Shown in pieces: positions 12,406-24,681 of a stretch of DNA of 64,000 nucleotides. Source of the DNA: Psilocybe cubensis (lineage: Eukaryota). The stretch covers positions 1,426,001 through 1,490,000 of the forward strand of contig CM039003.1 of the NCBI GenBank assembly GCA_017499595.2, read 5' to 3'. Within the stretch, counting starts at the first letter, position 1, and every line of letters begins with the position of its first letter. The notes under the pieces were generated by a model that was not told the DNA's origin, did not search any database, and saw only the letters and a list, made by a program, of their open reading frames with translations. Position numbers and translations under genes: made by a program.

Positions 12406-13702
12406 ATGACGATTCTTTGGCTTTTTATTCTTACCGTTTTTTCAGAGTCAGTCCTAGGCGCCTCCAGAACGTCACCTCCCTCCGGGGCTGTCATTGTACG
12501 CGCAGGAACGACTACCTCAGGAGAATTTAGCACCGTTTCAAAAGCCGTCAACTCATTGCCCAATGATAATTCTGCCAGGACTATTTTCATTTTCCCCGGT
12601 ACATACACAGAACAAGTGAACATTACTCGACCCGGACCTCTCACGGTAAATTGTTTCACGTTGTATTGTACACTAATCCTCATCGGTTCATTGTAGATAT
12701 TTGGGTCTACTACAGATACGTCAACATACTTGCAAAATTCAGTGACAATTCAATTCGGTCTGTCTGCCAGCACTGCCGGCTCTGATGATGTCAGTGGAAC
12801 CATGCGTGTTCACAAGAACGACTTCAAGATGTACAATGTGAATGTCAAAAACACATTCGGCCAGGGTTCGCAAGCCATTGCCATCAGTCAATATGGAACG
12901 CGCGTCGGCTTTTACGGCTGCGGATTTTTTGGCTTTCAGGATACCGTTCTTGTTGAACAAGGCACACAGGTCTTTTTGAGAGGTTTTATCCAGGTATGAA
13001 CCTTGAGCAACCAAGAGAATCTTTATCGGCGTCACTCAGTTTGATATGCAGGGGGCAACAGACTTTATTTTCGGTCAGAGAGGACAAGCATACTTTGAAA
13101 GAAATATAATATCGGTTACCGCCCACGGTTGCATCACGGCCAGCGGCCGCTCTTCGAATGATAATACGAGCTGTAAGTTGTAGTGCCCATTGCTTCCGTT
13201 TATGTTGGGGCTTACTTTACTTCAAGATGTCTTCAACGAAAACACTATTGTTATGGCAAGCAATGCTCCATCAGGTACCGCGGGCAATGTGTTTTTGGGA
13301 CGTCCATGGGCGGGTAAGTATGCTGAATGTCTTTGTACCGTATACATCTAAACATTCACTTCGTTTTTCGACCTTTGTGTTACAGATTTTGCCAAGTCAG
13401 TTTTCACGCCTCTTTCACCATGTCCTTTCGACATCTCTAACATATGTTTTAGGGTTATCTTCAAAAACACAGTAATCACCGCGCCACTCAATAAAGCATT
13501 ATGGTCGATCTGGAATACTGGAGACGAACGAACGGACAACGTCACCTTTTTAGATTACAACAGTACAGGATCAGGGATCTCGGGTGCAAGTCGTGCCCCT
13601 TTCAGCTCTCAACTGACCTCCAGTCAGGCGGCTGCTTACACAATCTCTAGTGCCGTTGGAAGTGATTTTGCGACATGGGTGGATACCTCATACCTGGCTT
13701 GA
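12406..13702 (+). CDS. Secreted pectin methylesterase (CE8), copy 1
   Basis: Signal peptide MTILWLFILTVFSESVLG. CE8 motifs IFIFPGTYTEQV, GSQAIA, GFQDT, GATDFIFG and FLGRPW are present. Stop TGA at 13700-13702. Confidence 0.95.
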
Positions 13703-14491
13703 AAATCTAAATCCTTTTGTAACCTATTCATCCTTGTGTGTTTCTCCCGAGGCTTACTTCCGCGTTTGACGTGTGCAAGGATCGAATCCCGTCGCTCTTT
13801 TAAAACATTTGTAGTTCAGAGGCATACATAGTGCCAGTGTTACATTCTGACATGAGCTGGGATGTCATGGTGCGCAGTGAAAAAACTGAGCGGACCGGCC
13901 CAAAGACTTGCTATCAATATTAAACGTAGGCGGACCGTACAGTGTTGTATAGTTCCATGGTCCGATATTTTACAGAACAATCCCGTGTCGACCTTGGGGA
14001 GGGGAGGCATTATTGTTCCTGCTTTCAACTCCGCCGAGCTACACTATAAAGCTTTTCAGGCCTCCTATATCCCACTCCAGAAAGCTCCGGAATCAACGAG
14101 ATGACTCGAACATATCCGATACGAACTGAAACCAAGGCTAAAACGTCGCCTTTGTATATTTTGTTCCGGGCATCCTGCATCCTGGGAGAATCCCAAGGAT
14201 GCTCTCGCGGACCGCACTTAGGACGGGCCGTATATCTAACTGCTTCGATCTGTTTTATTCTCGAACTTGATGACGACTTGCTGAATCATGTAAAGCGTGT
14301 CGACAGCGATCGTCCTGCCTCATTCGACACTCGCCCCATGACAGATCCAACCAAGATCATGAATCATTCATTCAATCGTAGGCGTAGGGTAGTGCTGGCG
14401 CGGAGAAATCCTGATATAATAGTGACAAGAAGTTGTACGACTTGAAGCGACAGACGCAAAACGAAGCACATACCACTAAAAACGACACTGA

Positions 14492-15803
14492 ATGAAGTAT
14501 TGGTGGCTTGCTTGCTTAGGGACTCTATGGCAAAGTCCAAAATATGTGCGAGGAGAGCAACGCACAGAACCACCTCTGGGTGCTTTGTCTGTGCGAGCGG
14601 GAGCATCCCCAGCATCTGGGATGTTTGATACCATTACGGGAGCCCTAGATGCCCTTCCCAACGACATGTCGAACCAGACTATATTCATTTTCCCGGGTAC
14701 TTATAGCGAGCAAATCAACATTTTAAGGCCTGGACCCCTGAGAGTGAGTACCTCGACCAAATGATTAAGATTTCCGTACCGTCTAGCAATGTTAATAAAT
14801 GGGTGCGATAGATCCTTGGGTATACTATGGACACGTCCAATTTCGCTGCCAACCAGGTCGTTATCGAGGCAGGAGTTCCGGCAAGTGTTGCAGGCTCAGA
14901 TGACGCTAGCGGTACACTCCGAATTCACAAAGACAACTTCAGCATGTATAATGTCAATGTAACCAACACTTTCGGCATCGGTTCTCAAGCTATCGCGATC
15001 AGCCAATACGGTAGCCAAGTTGGACTGTATTCGTGTGCATTCATTGGATATCAAGATACCCTGTACGCCAACCAAGGAAAACAAGTTTACCTAAAGAATT
15101 ACATAGAGGTGACGACGCAATCCTCAAATAAACCTGATGCGAATTGAACTTACTGTTTTGATAGGGTGCGGTAGATTTCATATTTGGGCGGCATGGTTTA
15201 GCCTACTTTGGAGGAAATACGATTGCTGTTAAAGCACCGGGTTGTATCACAGCCAGTGGAAGAGAGTCGGCTGACAACGGGAGTTGTACGTGTCTACTTG
15301 AATGTTAAATAAATTGGTATCTGGATTTGATCGTCTTATCAGATGTGTTTGACCACAATACGATCGTACTGGCCGAAGACGCTGCGTCTAATACCGCTGG
15401 TAATGTCTTTCTTGGAAGGCCATGGGGAGGTAGGTCGAAACCTAATCGATGATTAAAGCTAGGCTGTTTAACAATGCAATAATCAACGCAGATTTCGCTA
15501 AGTGAGTATACTCAACACCAAAAGCCACGCATTGATGTTGAACATCATTCCAGAGTTATATTCAAAAATACGGTCATCACTGCACCATTAAACCAGACGA
15601 TCTGGTCGATCTGGAACCCAGGAGATGAGAGAATCGACAATGTTTTCCTGGCAGAATATAACAGCACGGGCAGCGGACTGACCCAGCCCATGCGCCCTTC
15701 ATTCTCTACTTTGCTGTCACAAAGCCAGGCAGACGCTTTTACCATCGGTAGCGCGGTAGGCGACGATTTCGGAACCTGGGTTGATCTCAAATACTTGCTC
15801 TAG
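14492..15803 (+). CDS. Pectin methylesterase (CE8), copy 2
   Basis: Motifs IFIFPGTYSEQI, GSQAIA, GYQDTLY, GAVDFIFG and FLGRPW. Same intron positions as copy 1. Stop TAG at 15801-15803. Confidence 0.95.
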
Positions 15804-16004
15804 AACAGGGACAGACGAAGCGTTTAGCAAAAGTTTCATAATGTAGCAATTACAAACATGAATATAGCCAGCTCAAACTGTGCGTCGAGAGAGCCAAAGC
15901 GATACGAGAAAATTAAATCCATGGACTTCTACAAATACAGCAAAAAAAGGCATACCACAACAGCGAAGAATAAATAAAGCAGTGAACATGTTGTCAGAAC
16001 GACA

Positions 16005-17849
16005 TCACTTTTTCCGTGGTTTCTTTACACCGCTACTTTCAGCTTTTTCGTCGCCCTGTAACGCGATTAGAGGGGCGCAAAGCTTGAACGCAAAAAAAAA
16101 AAACCTTTCGCTTTGTACCCTTCCCTTTGGCATCGGATTTGCCCTTTTCTTTCCCTTTGGCAGGAGGAGCTTTCTCTTTGGGTTTCACTGTGAAAAAGCC
16201 GTCGAGACGCCCTTGCTGTTTACTGTTGAGGAATTTGGTGAGCTTCTCAGCGCCTTTGCGGACACGATCCTCGCTGAGTAAACTATTAGACGTAGATCAT
16301 GGAATATTTTGAAAAACCGAAGCGCACTTGAAGCCTTTTTCTTTCACTAGGAAGTCGACGAGACCATCTACATCCGGGTTTTTCCATTCTAACTAGAGAG
16401 GGAGCAACAATATTAGAGAAACGACATCGGATCATAAGAATCCAAAATCACCTCAACCTGGTCTGCAGGTAGCACGTCGGGTTTTTGAAAGATTTTTTTG
16501 GCATCTTCCCATAGCCATTCGTCAGGCACTGTTATTCCCCCTTTGCCTTTCCCCTTGCCTTTCCCTTTGCTGGGTACAACTTTAGCCTTGGAGGCGAGTT
16601 TTTTCTTTTTTGGTGCTTCCTCATCAGAGGTCCCCTTTTCTTCTTCTTTCTCCTTGAAATCTTCGTCGTCGCTATCTTTGTCAGGCAGTTCGACATCCGA
16701 GGTGGGGGCAGCCTCTTCCGCATCCGAAGCAGCATCTTCAGGCTCGGAATCCTCAGCGGCCTTTTTGGTCGCTGACCTTTCAAAAGGCTAAGAATAATGA
16801 ATATGACATCAGATGAAATGGAAACCTCACTTTTCCCGGAGATGTTTGATAACTGCTTTCAGGCTGCCATGCTCTTTGATAAGTTTGAGCGCTGACTTGG
16901 GGCCGATACCTTTTATAGGTTCAAGATAATCGCAACCCAAAAGTATACATAGGTCAATAAACTATAGAAACATGTAAGAGTGCGTCATTTTCAAATTTCT
17001 AGTTCGGTTATACCTGATCCATATTCATTTCGAGACCATCCAAGGCAGCTTGAAGATTGATTTCACTAATAGGTTGTTTCTTGGCTTCTGAGAAAGTGAG
17101 ATGGCGGAGAAGAATAGGCGCGTTGAACGTAAGGGTATCCATATCTTCTGAGCCTGCCGCGTAAACCTGGAATTTAAAGTAAAAAAAGCACGCGTCAAAA
17201 GCTTTCTGCATGTACCTTTCCACCACGAGCAAGTTCAGCACATTGGGCTTCGGCTTCCGATGGGGCCTTGACGCACGTTGGTCAGTCAAGAAAAAATTCT
17301 CAATAAAGAAGTCAAACATACGATAACAACAGGAATACCCATGAGTTTCAGTAGACGACGACACTCTTCGTTATGCTCACGCGTCACTTTGACCGTTCTA
17401 CGCGAAAATCGATCCAAATCTTCTGCAGTGCCAGTTTCTTTCGCTTCTTCACCTTCTGCTTTAGCTTCTTCACGTTTGGCAAAACGTTGGGAGAGCTATA
17501 TGCATTGAATTATTAGTATATGAACCAAATGACATAATGCACGCAGTGAAATACTCACCACTCCCTTTTTCATCTCCGGGGGTTTTCCATCGAAAACATA
17601 CGCTGGTTTAATTCCATTTTCCACTATACGGATTGTTCGATAGAAAAAGCCCATCAAATGACTCGTCGTCTCGCCAGCATCGTTCTGCAACATTTCGCCG
17701 TCCCTTTGGCGAACAGCGATGAGGAATTGGTAGATAGACATGGAGGCATCTATCGCAACTTTTCGACCAAACAAAGTTTTAATTTCATGTTCCTTGATGG
17801 CATTGGGAGCGTGTTGGGAGAGCAAAGCGGTCAAACCTTTAATACCCAT
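16005..17849 (-). CDS. FEN1: Flap endonuclease 1
   Basis: MGIKGLT...[52 protein letters not shown] and the C-terminal PIP box QQGRLDGFF. Confidence 0.97.
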
Positions 17850-18127
17850 GGATGGAAGTTGAATAAGACGAAGCAGTGACGCACCCTTTGGGAGGGCGTT
17901 ACGAGGGGAAATCGCGTGATCTGTGACGTAACGCGCTGACCTTCGTCACTCTGGCTGCGATCGGTGCTAGGATGGACTCTTTCGCAACTTTTCCAAAGCT
18001 CTTCGTCAACTTTGGTCACCATTTCAACATCAGACAATTCAGTTGAGTATACAACAATCCAAATATTTCAATACATCAAATGGTACATAACATCATTAAT
18101 AATACATTGGCAAATATTATACCCTAC

Positions 18128-19588
18128 TCAAATCCAACTACCTCTCAAAGATTCAACAGGGAATTCGTCTAGGTTCAGTCCCAATTCGTCGAACACACTC
18201 CCCAAGGATTCACGGGCCTCTTTTTCTTCCATCTCAGTTAATGCTACCAGTACCATATATCGGCTTCAGCTTCACATTGCCAAAGGTTTTGTAGCTGAGC
18301 CAAGTACTTACCTGCACCCCTTCCGTCCCCTAAGCTCGTTTCCAAGCCTTCTTCCCCATCTCTTGCGGCGATCAACAAAAGCTCTGCTCCTTTATAATCC
18401 AATAACTTTGGAGTCTCGCAGCTCGCAAATCTGAGACCGTAATGCTCTCGTCCTCGGGATTGTGCTTCACACCCTTTACCGGCTCCAAATACACCCTGCA
18501 TAATCCAATCTGGGTACTCAACAGGCTTTGAATGCGCCTGTTGTGTATTTGCCGCGGGAGCAAGTGGATTCTTCACTTGGATGATGAACGATGAGGCCGA
18601 AAAAATGCCAAGGGATTTTTGGACGTCGCCCATTTCCACTGCTCCTGGGTGAGAAACATGGTAGCCCAGATGTGTTTCTCGCTTTGATGGCGTCTCTCCT
18701 TCTGAATTGACAATAGCGTACCCTCCACGGGCAACGAGACGAGCGGGACCCTCATGACGCGTTCCTTGACAGAATGGTGTAATTAGGTCATATTTCTACT
18801 ATTAAAGCCAAAATCAAACCTCGAGTCTTCGTTTCGTAGCTTTTCTGGCCAAGACCTTTCACCAAAGAGTCGAGGTCGTTGCCCACAGAGGTAACAGTTC
18901 CCCAGAAGGTTTCCTTTGTCAGCTTACCTGTTTCCTTCTTTGCTTCAGGATTAGGCAGCCTCTTCTTGCCGACAGTGATCAACCTATAGTTTTTCTTACT
19001 CGAATGAGCCTCGTCTGGGGCCGGTACCGCGTCTGCACCTGGAGCTAATACGTTCATTTCTGTTTTGCCCATATCCGAAGGATCTTGCTTCATGGCCCCC
19101 TCATCTCCGGATGACGATTTCTGTCCTTGTGCAAATTGAGGGGGACGAGGAATAAGAAGGATATGGAAATTCCGTATATCATCGATTGTCCGCGCCTCGT
19201 TTACTTGCACCCGAGGCCGGTAAAAGAAATAAATATGGCCCCGCTCGATAGTACCTATTGAGCTGTGGATGAACAAAACGAAAGAAATATCCATCGAATG
19301 TAACCTACCGGATTGATATTCATGCTTCTGTCCATCTATCTGTTGTTTGGTGCTATTAGATTCCAGCTTGGGTTTCTTTGCCGCATGGTCCTGAGCATCG
19401 TCAACGTTTCGTTTATTTGGTGTTGGTGCACTGTTTCCCTGTCTTTGGGGTGTATCGTCTGCCGATTGTGGTGACACCTGCTTTCGAGATTTTCTTGTGG
19501 GAACCGCCTGTTTCTTCCTTCCCTTGTCATTTTCGGTGGGCTTTATTCTCCCCTCCTGAATAGCAGCTTGTCTTCTTGTGGTGGGCAT
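18128..19588 (-). CDS. Conserved hypothetical protein with a basic disordered N-terminus and a folded domain of unknown function
   Basis: Spliceable ORFs give GTIERGHIYFFYRPRV, GKKRLP, YETKTRG, LGIFSASSFIIQVKNP, LLDYKGAELLLI and a terminal ESLRGSWI*. Confidence 0.8.
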
Positions 19589-20153
19589 TATTCGTGGGTG
19601 TGTTTGTATACAAGCGTTTCTGTGCAGATACCCACTATGTATACGTCTGTGATGACGTCACTGACACAATATTACCCGTATTGTTTAAGTGACGATATGG
19701 AATCGAATAAGAATATTGGAGCTAGGAGCACCAGTAATGATCCAAAAAATCAGGAATCTCAATATTGATACGCAGACAAAGTACATGTAAACACCCAAAT
19801 AGTATATCAGCTGAGCTCTAATTTCATCATTCGCTGAGTCGTTGCTGACTCGGAGTCGTATAGTAATAGAGTACGCATTCATAGTGAGCTTAATACATTT
19901 GATAAAGTGATACATCCAAATAATTCTAAAGTATTCTAGCACATATTTACCCTCTACAAGTTATATGGATAAATTGTTTTCGATATATTCAACTTGCTTC
20001 TTAGATAGGGGTACATGTACATGGGAGGTGAGTGGCGAGTAACACGATCTGTCACATCAGGTGATAACCATCACAAGTTTACAACTGCAACCGGACTCAT
20101 TTATCGATCAGGTCAGCGCTTAATTTGCCCATTGGACCACTGCGCTCATTATC

Positions 20154-21400
20154 ATGGCCGATCCCTCATGCCCACAATCACTCTCAGCTTTGAATAAATT
20201 CGCTTTCGAAAAAGTAATAAACGAAGATCCTTCCACCCATTCTCTCATTCTTTTGGGCACCCTTCCTGCAGGTCCACAGGAGGCGGAGGCCAGGGTCCGC
20301 GCAATAGCGAGAATAGAAAAGACCGCTCTTAGTATTGAGGATGCACCAAGACTTCTTGGGGAAAAGGGTATGGTTAATAGGGCTGAGCTGGGTGGGAGCA
20401 CAGACATTGTTCGTTGGTTGATAAAGATTGAATTAGTGGAATGTTTGTAGATGCCGTTCTCACCAACTTTCTTTCTAGTATACGTGGCTCTACGCTTGGC
20501 TCGGGGAAAACAGGGAAAGGGATATTAAAATCAACGTTATATCTCCAGCTACAGATGTGCACATTAAGAAGGTATAAGCTAGGCACTCATCTTTTATTGC
20601 GGTTTTTGAGCCAGCTCAATTTTTTTAATAGTACACCAAACAACAACAAGTCATGGTTCATGAAACCCCCGAGATATATGAAAAGTTTGTCAAGCCATAC
20701 ATTGCGTCCTTTCCAGCCTCACGTACACAATGGTAAGCCAAATGTATCCCAGTAATTGAATATACGTATTACCAATGACTCATAACAGGGTGGAGAACAT
20801 ATTGACGGGCATCTCTGAACAGGATAAAATATTATACTCTTCCTCTGATTTTGTGATTCTTCCTGACATGAAGTGGGACCTGAAGACACTAACATCCCTG
20901 TATCTCATGGCAATTGTCAAGGACAAGACTATCCGCAGCCTTCGTGATCTTCGCCGAAGCCATCTAGGTTTACTGAAATCCATACGAGAAGAGGCGTATA
21001 AAATCGTTCAAGGAAAATGGGGTCTTGGCCGTGGCTCGCTCCGAATTCACGTTCACTATCAGCCTAGTTATTGTACGTATCGTCTTTGGGGATGAAATAC
21101 GGACCCTGATTTACGAACTACAGATCATTTCCACGTTCATATCGTGAACGTTAATCATGTAGGGAGCATGCTAGGGTTGACCGTTGGTCAGGCACACCTT
21201 CTGGATGATTTAATATCTATGGTGAGAATCATATCAATGATGCTCATTCTTACAAGAAATATTTAATCTACTTTGCTTGTCTGCAGCTCGAGTTAGATCC
21301 TATTGATGGCCCAGGCATTTTTGAGAGGATAACTCTGACATATGGGCTCGGCGATCAGCACGGGTTGTTCCAAATCATGCAGAAGAACGCCCTCGCATAG
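20154..21400 (+). CDS. DCPS: Scavenger mRNA decapping enzyme (m7GpppX diphosphatase, HIT family)
   Basis: FVILPDMKWD, IRSLRDL, HYQPSY..HFHVHIVN (HIT motif) and GQAHLLDD. Stop TAG at 21398-21400. Confidence 0.93.
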
Positions 21401-21723
21401 ATGTTTATTTACTATACCATAATGTCTTGCTTTGCCTTTAAGGAAACATCGACATTTTGATCTTTTTAATACTGGATTGTATTTGTGACAGTGCGGCATA
21501 ATTTGATGTTCAAGTGATAATATATTTGCTACGATGCACATAGAAAGAGAAAGATAAAAAAAAAGTAAACATGGATTTTGATTTGAGGTCAAAATTACTG
21601 AGTGCTTGAAGACTGGTATTTTGTGAAAAATAATCTGAAGTCTCGTCGCCGTTCGCGACAAAAAGAAGCATCACGTGAAAATCGGGATTTTTGACATTCG
21701 ACCCACCACCGGCGACCACCATC

Positions 21724-22261
21724 ATGTCGAATAACGCGTCGACGTCCCAGCCCCCCACCTTACCCTCGAAGGTTCCTGCACCAACAGGGAATTTGGTTCA
21801 CGACTCAATTGAGGTCTGATGCTATGTAATGCTGCTTTCGCATCGAGTTTAGGCTGATACATTTGTTATAACAGAGTGCCAAACATGTCTCTGACCTGCC
21901 ATGCGCTCGGAATGCACTGTTGGCAGGTATTGCTAGTGGAGCAGGCATGGGAGTAATACGAGGAATATCTGCAGGTATAGCTTTGGTGTCACAAGCAAGA
22001 CGCGCTGTTTATGTTTTTTCTATAGGACCTATGATGGCCGGACATTGGGCAATAGGCACATTCGTCCTCATATCACTCGGCTCATGGCATGTTCTTCCAA
22101 AATCATTTTGGAGTATCAACTAACAGCACCCTAGGCACATTTGTCAAAATCAGTACGCAGAAGAACGGAGGAAGATTGCGCAAGTCATCGAAAGTATGCC
22201 GAAACGGACATTGAAGGAGAGCAACGAGTCTTCGACTGCGCCAAGCACGTCCAAATCATAA
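21724..22261 (+). CDS. COX20: Cytochrome c oxidase assembly protein Cox20
   Basis: LPCARNALLAGIASGAGMGVIRG...AGHWAIGTFVLISLGSWHICQ is the two-TM Cox20 signature with conserved Cys residues. It requires a GC-AG third intron (22087-22134). Confidence 0.85.
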
Positions 22262-22343
22262 TTCCTCTATATGATAGTCATGCACACCTGTAAATTATTT
22301 CCCTTGCTTATATTCGTATCTACTCTCATGCCTGTGACAGGGC

Positions 22344-23000
22344 CTAGCTCCAATCCGATGCCCACACATTTTTATCCCACTTCTCCACCAAGTCGGCATC
22401 GTCCTACATCATTGAGGAATCAGCCATGGTTTGCGGTAGCATGAGTCGAAGAAGCAAGTCCACCTTATATTTCACTTGGAACTGTGAGAAACCGTCGCGG
22501 AGGATGGCTACTTCATGAGGAATATCATTCGAGAGAATGTTCTTTCTGGTCTCGGAATAGATCTGCAAGGGAACAGGGTTCAACGTCTGGGTTCCTTATT
22601 TTGAGCACGGAAGAGTACCCTAGCAGCTTTTGGACCTCTTGATTTGGGTTTAGCATGAAATGTGTAGCTCGACTCACAAATCACGCTCACCGAACTTGTG
22701 ATAGAGTACAGTGAAAGATGACTAACGGAACCTCCTTGGTCACTTTGACCAGTTGATCCACATTGCCCAGAAACTCTGCTGAAGGGTAGTTTACGCTCCC
22801 TTTAATATTCCCGCCGGCGTAGTCATCGTCCCTAACGTCAACGACGACAAAATCCTTCTGAGGAACTTTGCCACTTTTCATGATATCGGCCAACTCCTGC
22901 AGGTAATAGTGAACTTTGTTAGCAATCCTAATTTTGAGTAAGATAGTGTCTTGAAGAGAGGGCATACATCCCCGTTCATGTAACGCAACGTTTGGGCCAT
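22344..23000 (-). CDS. Cdc25-like rhodanese-fold phosphatase / putative arsenate reductase (Acr2/Ych1/Ibp1 family); possible upstream in-frame ATG at 23102
   Basis: VVDVRDDDYAGGNIKG, active-site loop HCTLSQVRGPKAAR (HCX5R, split by an intron and a 19-nt exon at 22619-22637) and ILRDGFSQF. Confidence 0.9.
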
Positions 23001-23354
23001 TATAGATCTTAGTCGTTGAGGATGCGTTATCGGCGAAGCTGGTCGATGCAAACCTTGTCCGAGGCGATAATTGAACAAACAAGTCCTAGGTAACAGAATC
23101 ATGGCTTATGTCATCAATTTTTTTACGGTCTTTCGTATTGCAAATTGACTTGGAAAATGGCTGACACTCGTGTACAAGTTTTCAGCGACTTGAGACCTGT
23201 AGACACCAGGTTGGAAGTTCTGGTAAAACCAATGAGCCTGAATTATGCACCGTATAGGGAGGTGTTCCGCAGTGATCAATAACTTATAATCTTAAATAAC
23301 TAATGTACATATGGGTGAGATAGAAGGCGATGATCAGTGTTCTTTTGCTTCAGT

Positions 23355-24681
23355 TCATACACCGCCAGCTAAGCGGCGACGCATTGACTTTGAACTAAAT
23401 ATGTGATCAGATTTTACTAGATTAATGAAAGGTAAAACGAAAAGGACTCACGGCCTATTTATGATACTGTCTTTGCCAGTGTACAGCATGGAATCGTATA
23501 CAAGAGCCCCAACTAATGCACCCAGGATCGGTCCCATGATAGGACACCATATCCAATATTGATTACGGAAAGTAAAGACTTCTTTCCCATAGCCAGCCAT
23601 TGCAGTAAACAAACGAGGACCAAGGTCACGAGCGGGGTTGATAGCGTAACCTGTCTGCATTCCAAGAGCCGTACCGATACCCGTAATCAGGATGAACAAG
23701 ACAAGAGGACCAAGGCCTGCCGGCGGTGGGCTGTTTTCGGCGTCGTTCATTGCAAGGACAACAATGGCGAGGACGGCGGTGCCAAGGAATTCATCAAAGA
23801 ATGCAGAAACATTAGTCATATAGTCAAGCTGCAGTCAAATGTGGCCATTAGCTCATAATGCAGTTCATAAATAGGAATGGGCTTACTGCATAAGTTGAGA
23901 ACAGGCCGGCCGTTGCAAGAGTGCGAACGCCTGGGCCCTCAAAGAGATCGATGGCATGGAAATAATTTGCATAAACAATGGCAGCACCGCAAAGACCTCC
24001 CATAACCTGCGCAAAAATGTAGATCTAAGTGAATGTCTCAGTATCCTGTTCTAGTCAGCTGTACACAAAGCGACGTACTGGGACTTTCTTCCATGGGAAT
24101 CCTCTGAAGACAGCGAACAAGATGGTTATCTAAAATAGACGAGGTTTACTCATGATGTCAAAAATCTCGAATCAATGCATGACCTACAGCAGGATTAATA
24201 TGGCCACCGGAGATTCCACCAGACACCCAGACTCCCATTGCTGTCCCAACTCCCCATCCGATGTTGATGGATAGATAGTCCTGCGGGATATTGTATTAAA
24301 GACATTTTCAAAGTTACAGATTGGATAGTACCCACTCCTTTTGGCGCAGAAGTGACTGCTGTACTACCCCCAAGGATAACCTGACAATCAACCCCATTTC
24401 CAAAGATAATCAAAATCATGACACCGAGAAACTCTGCAAAAGGCTCTCTTATGTACTCGCTGATAGATACAGATCATTGAGCATGGACGTCGACACGGAC
24501 AACAAAGAGCAACGCACCGATACCGCGCCCATTTGTTAGGGTAATCTAAATTATCTTCGGCATCCGTAGTTTCCAAATTACTAGCGTATTCCTTGTGCGT
24601 TGCAGTAAAATCCTTTGAATTTTGCGACGCTGGTTGGACCGTAGAGTTTCGACGACTCTCTAAAGAAGGGCGACGGGACAT
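23355..24681 (-). CDS. Aquaglyceroporin (MIP family, GlpF/Fps1-like)
   Basis: [24 protein letters not shown] and [13 protein letters not shown]. The Asp after the second NPA marks glycerol/metalloid-conducting MIPs. Confidence 0.95.

Noticed and set aside
13760-13800. ATCGAATCCC resembling a tRNA T-loop
   Set aside because: No cloverleaf or acceptor stem can be built; it lies just downstream of the PME1 stop.
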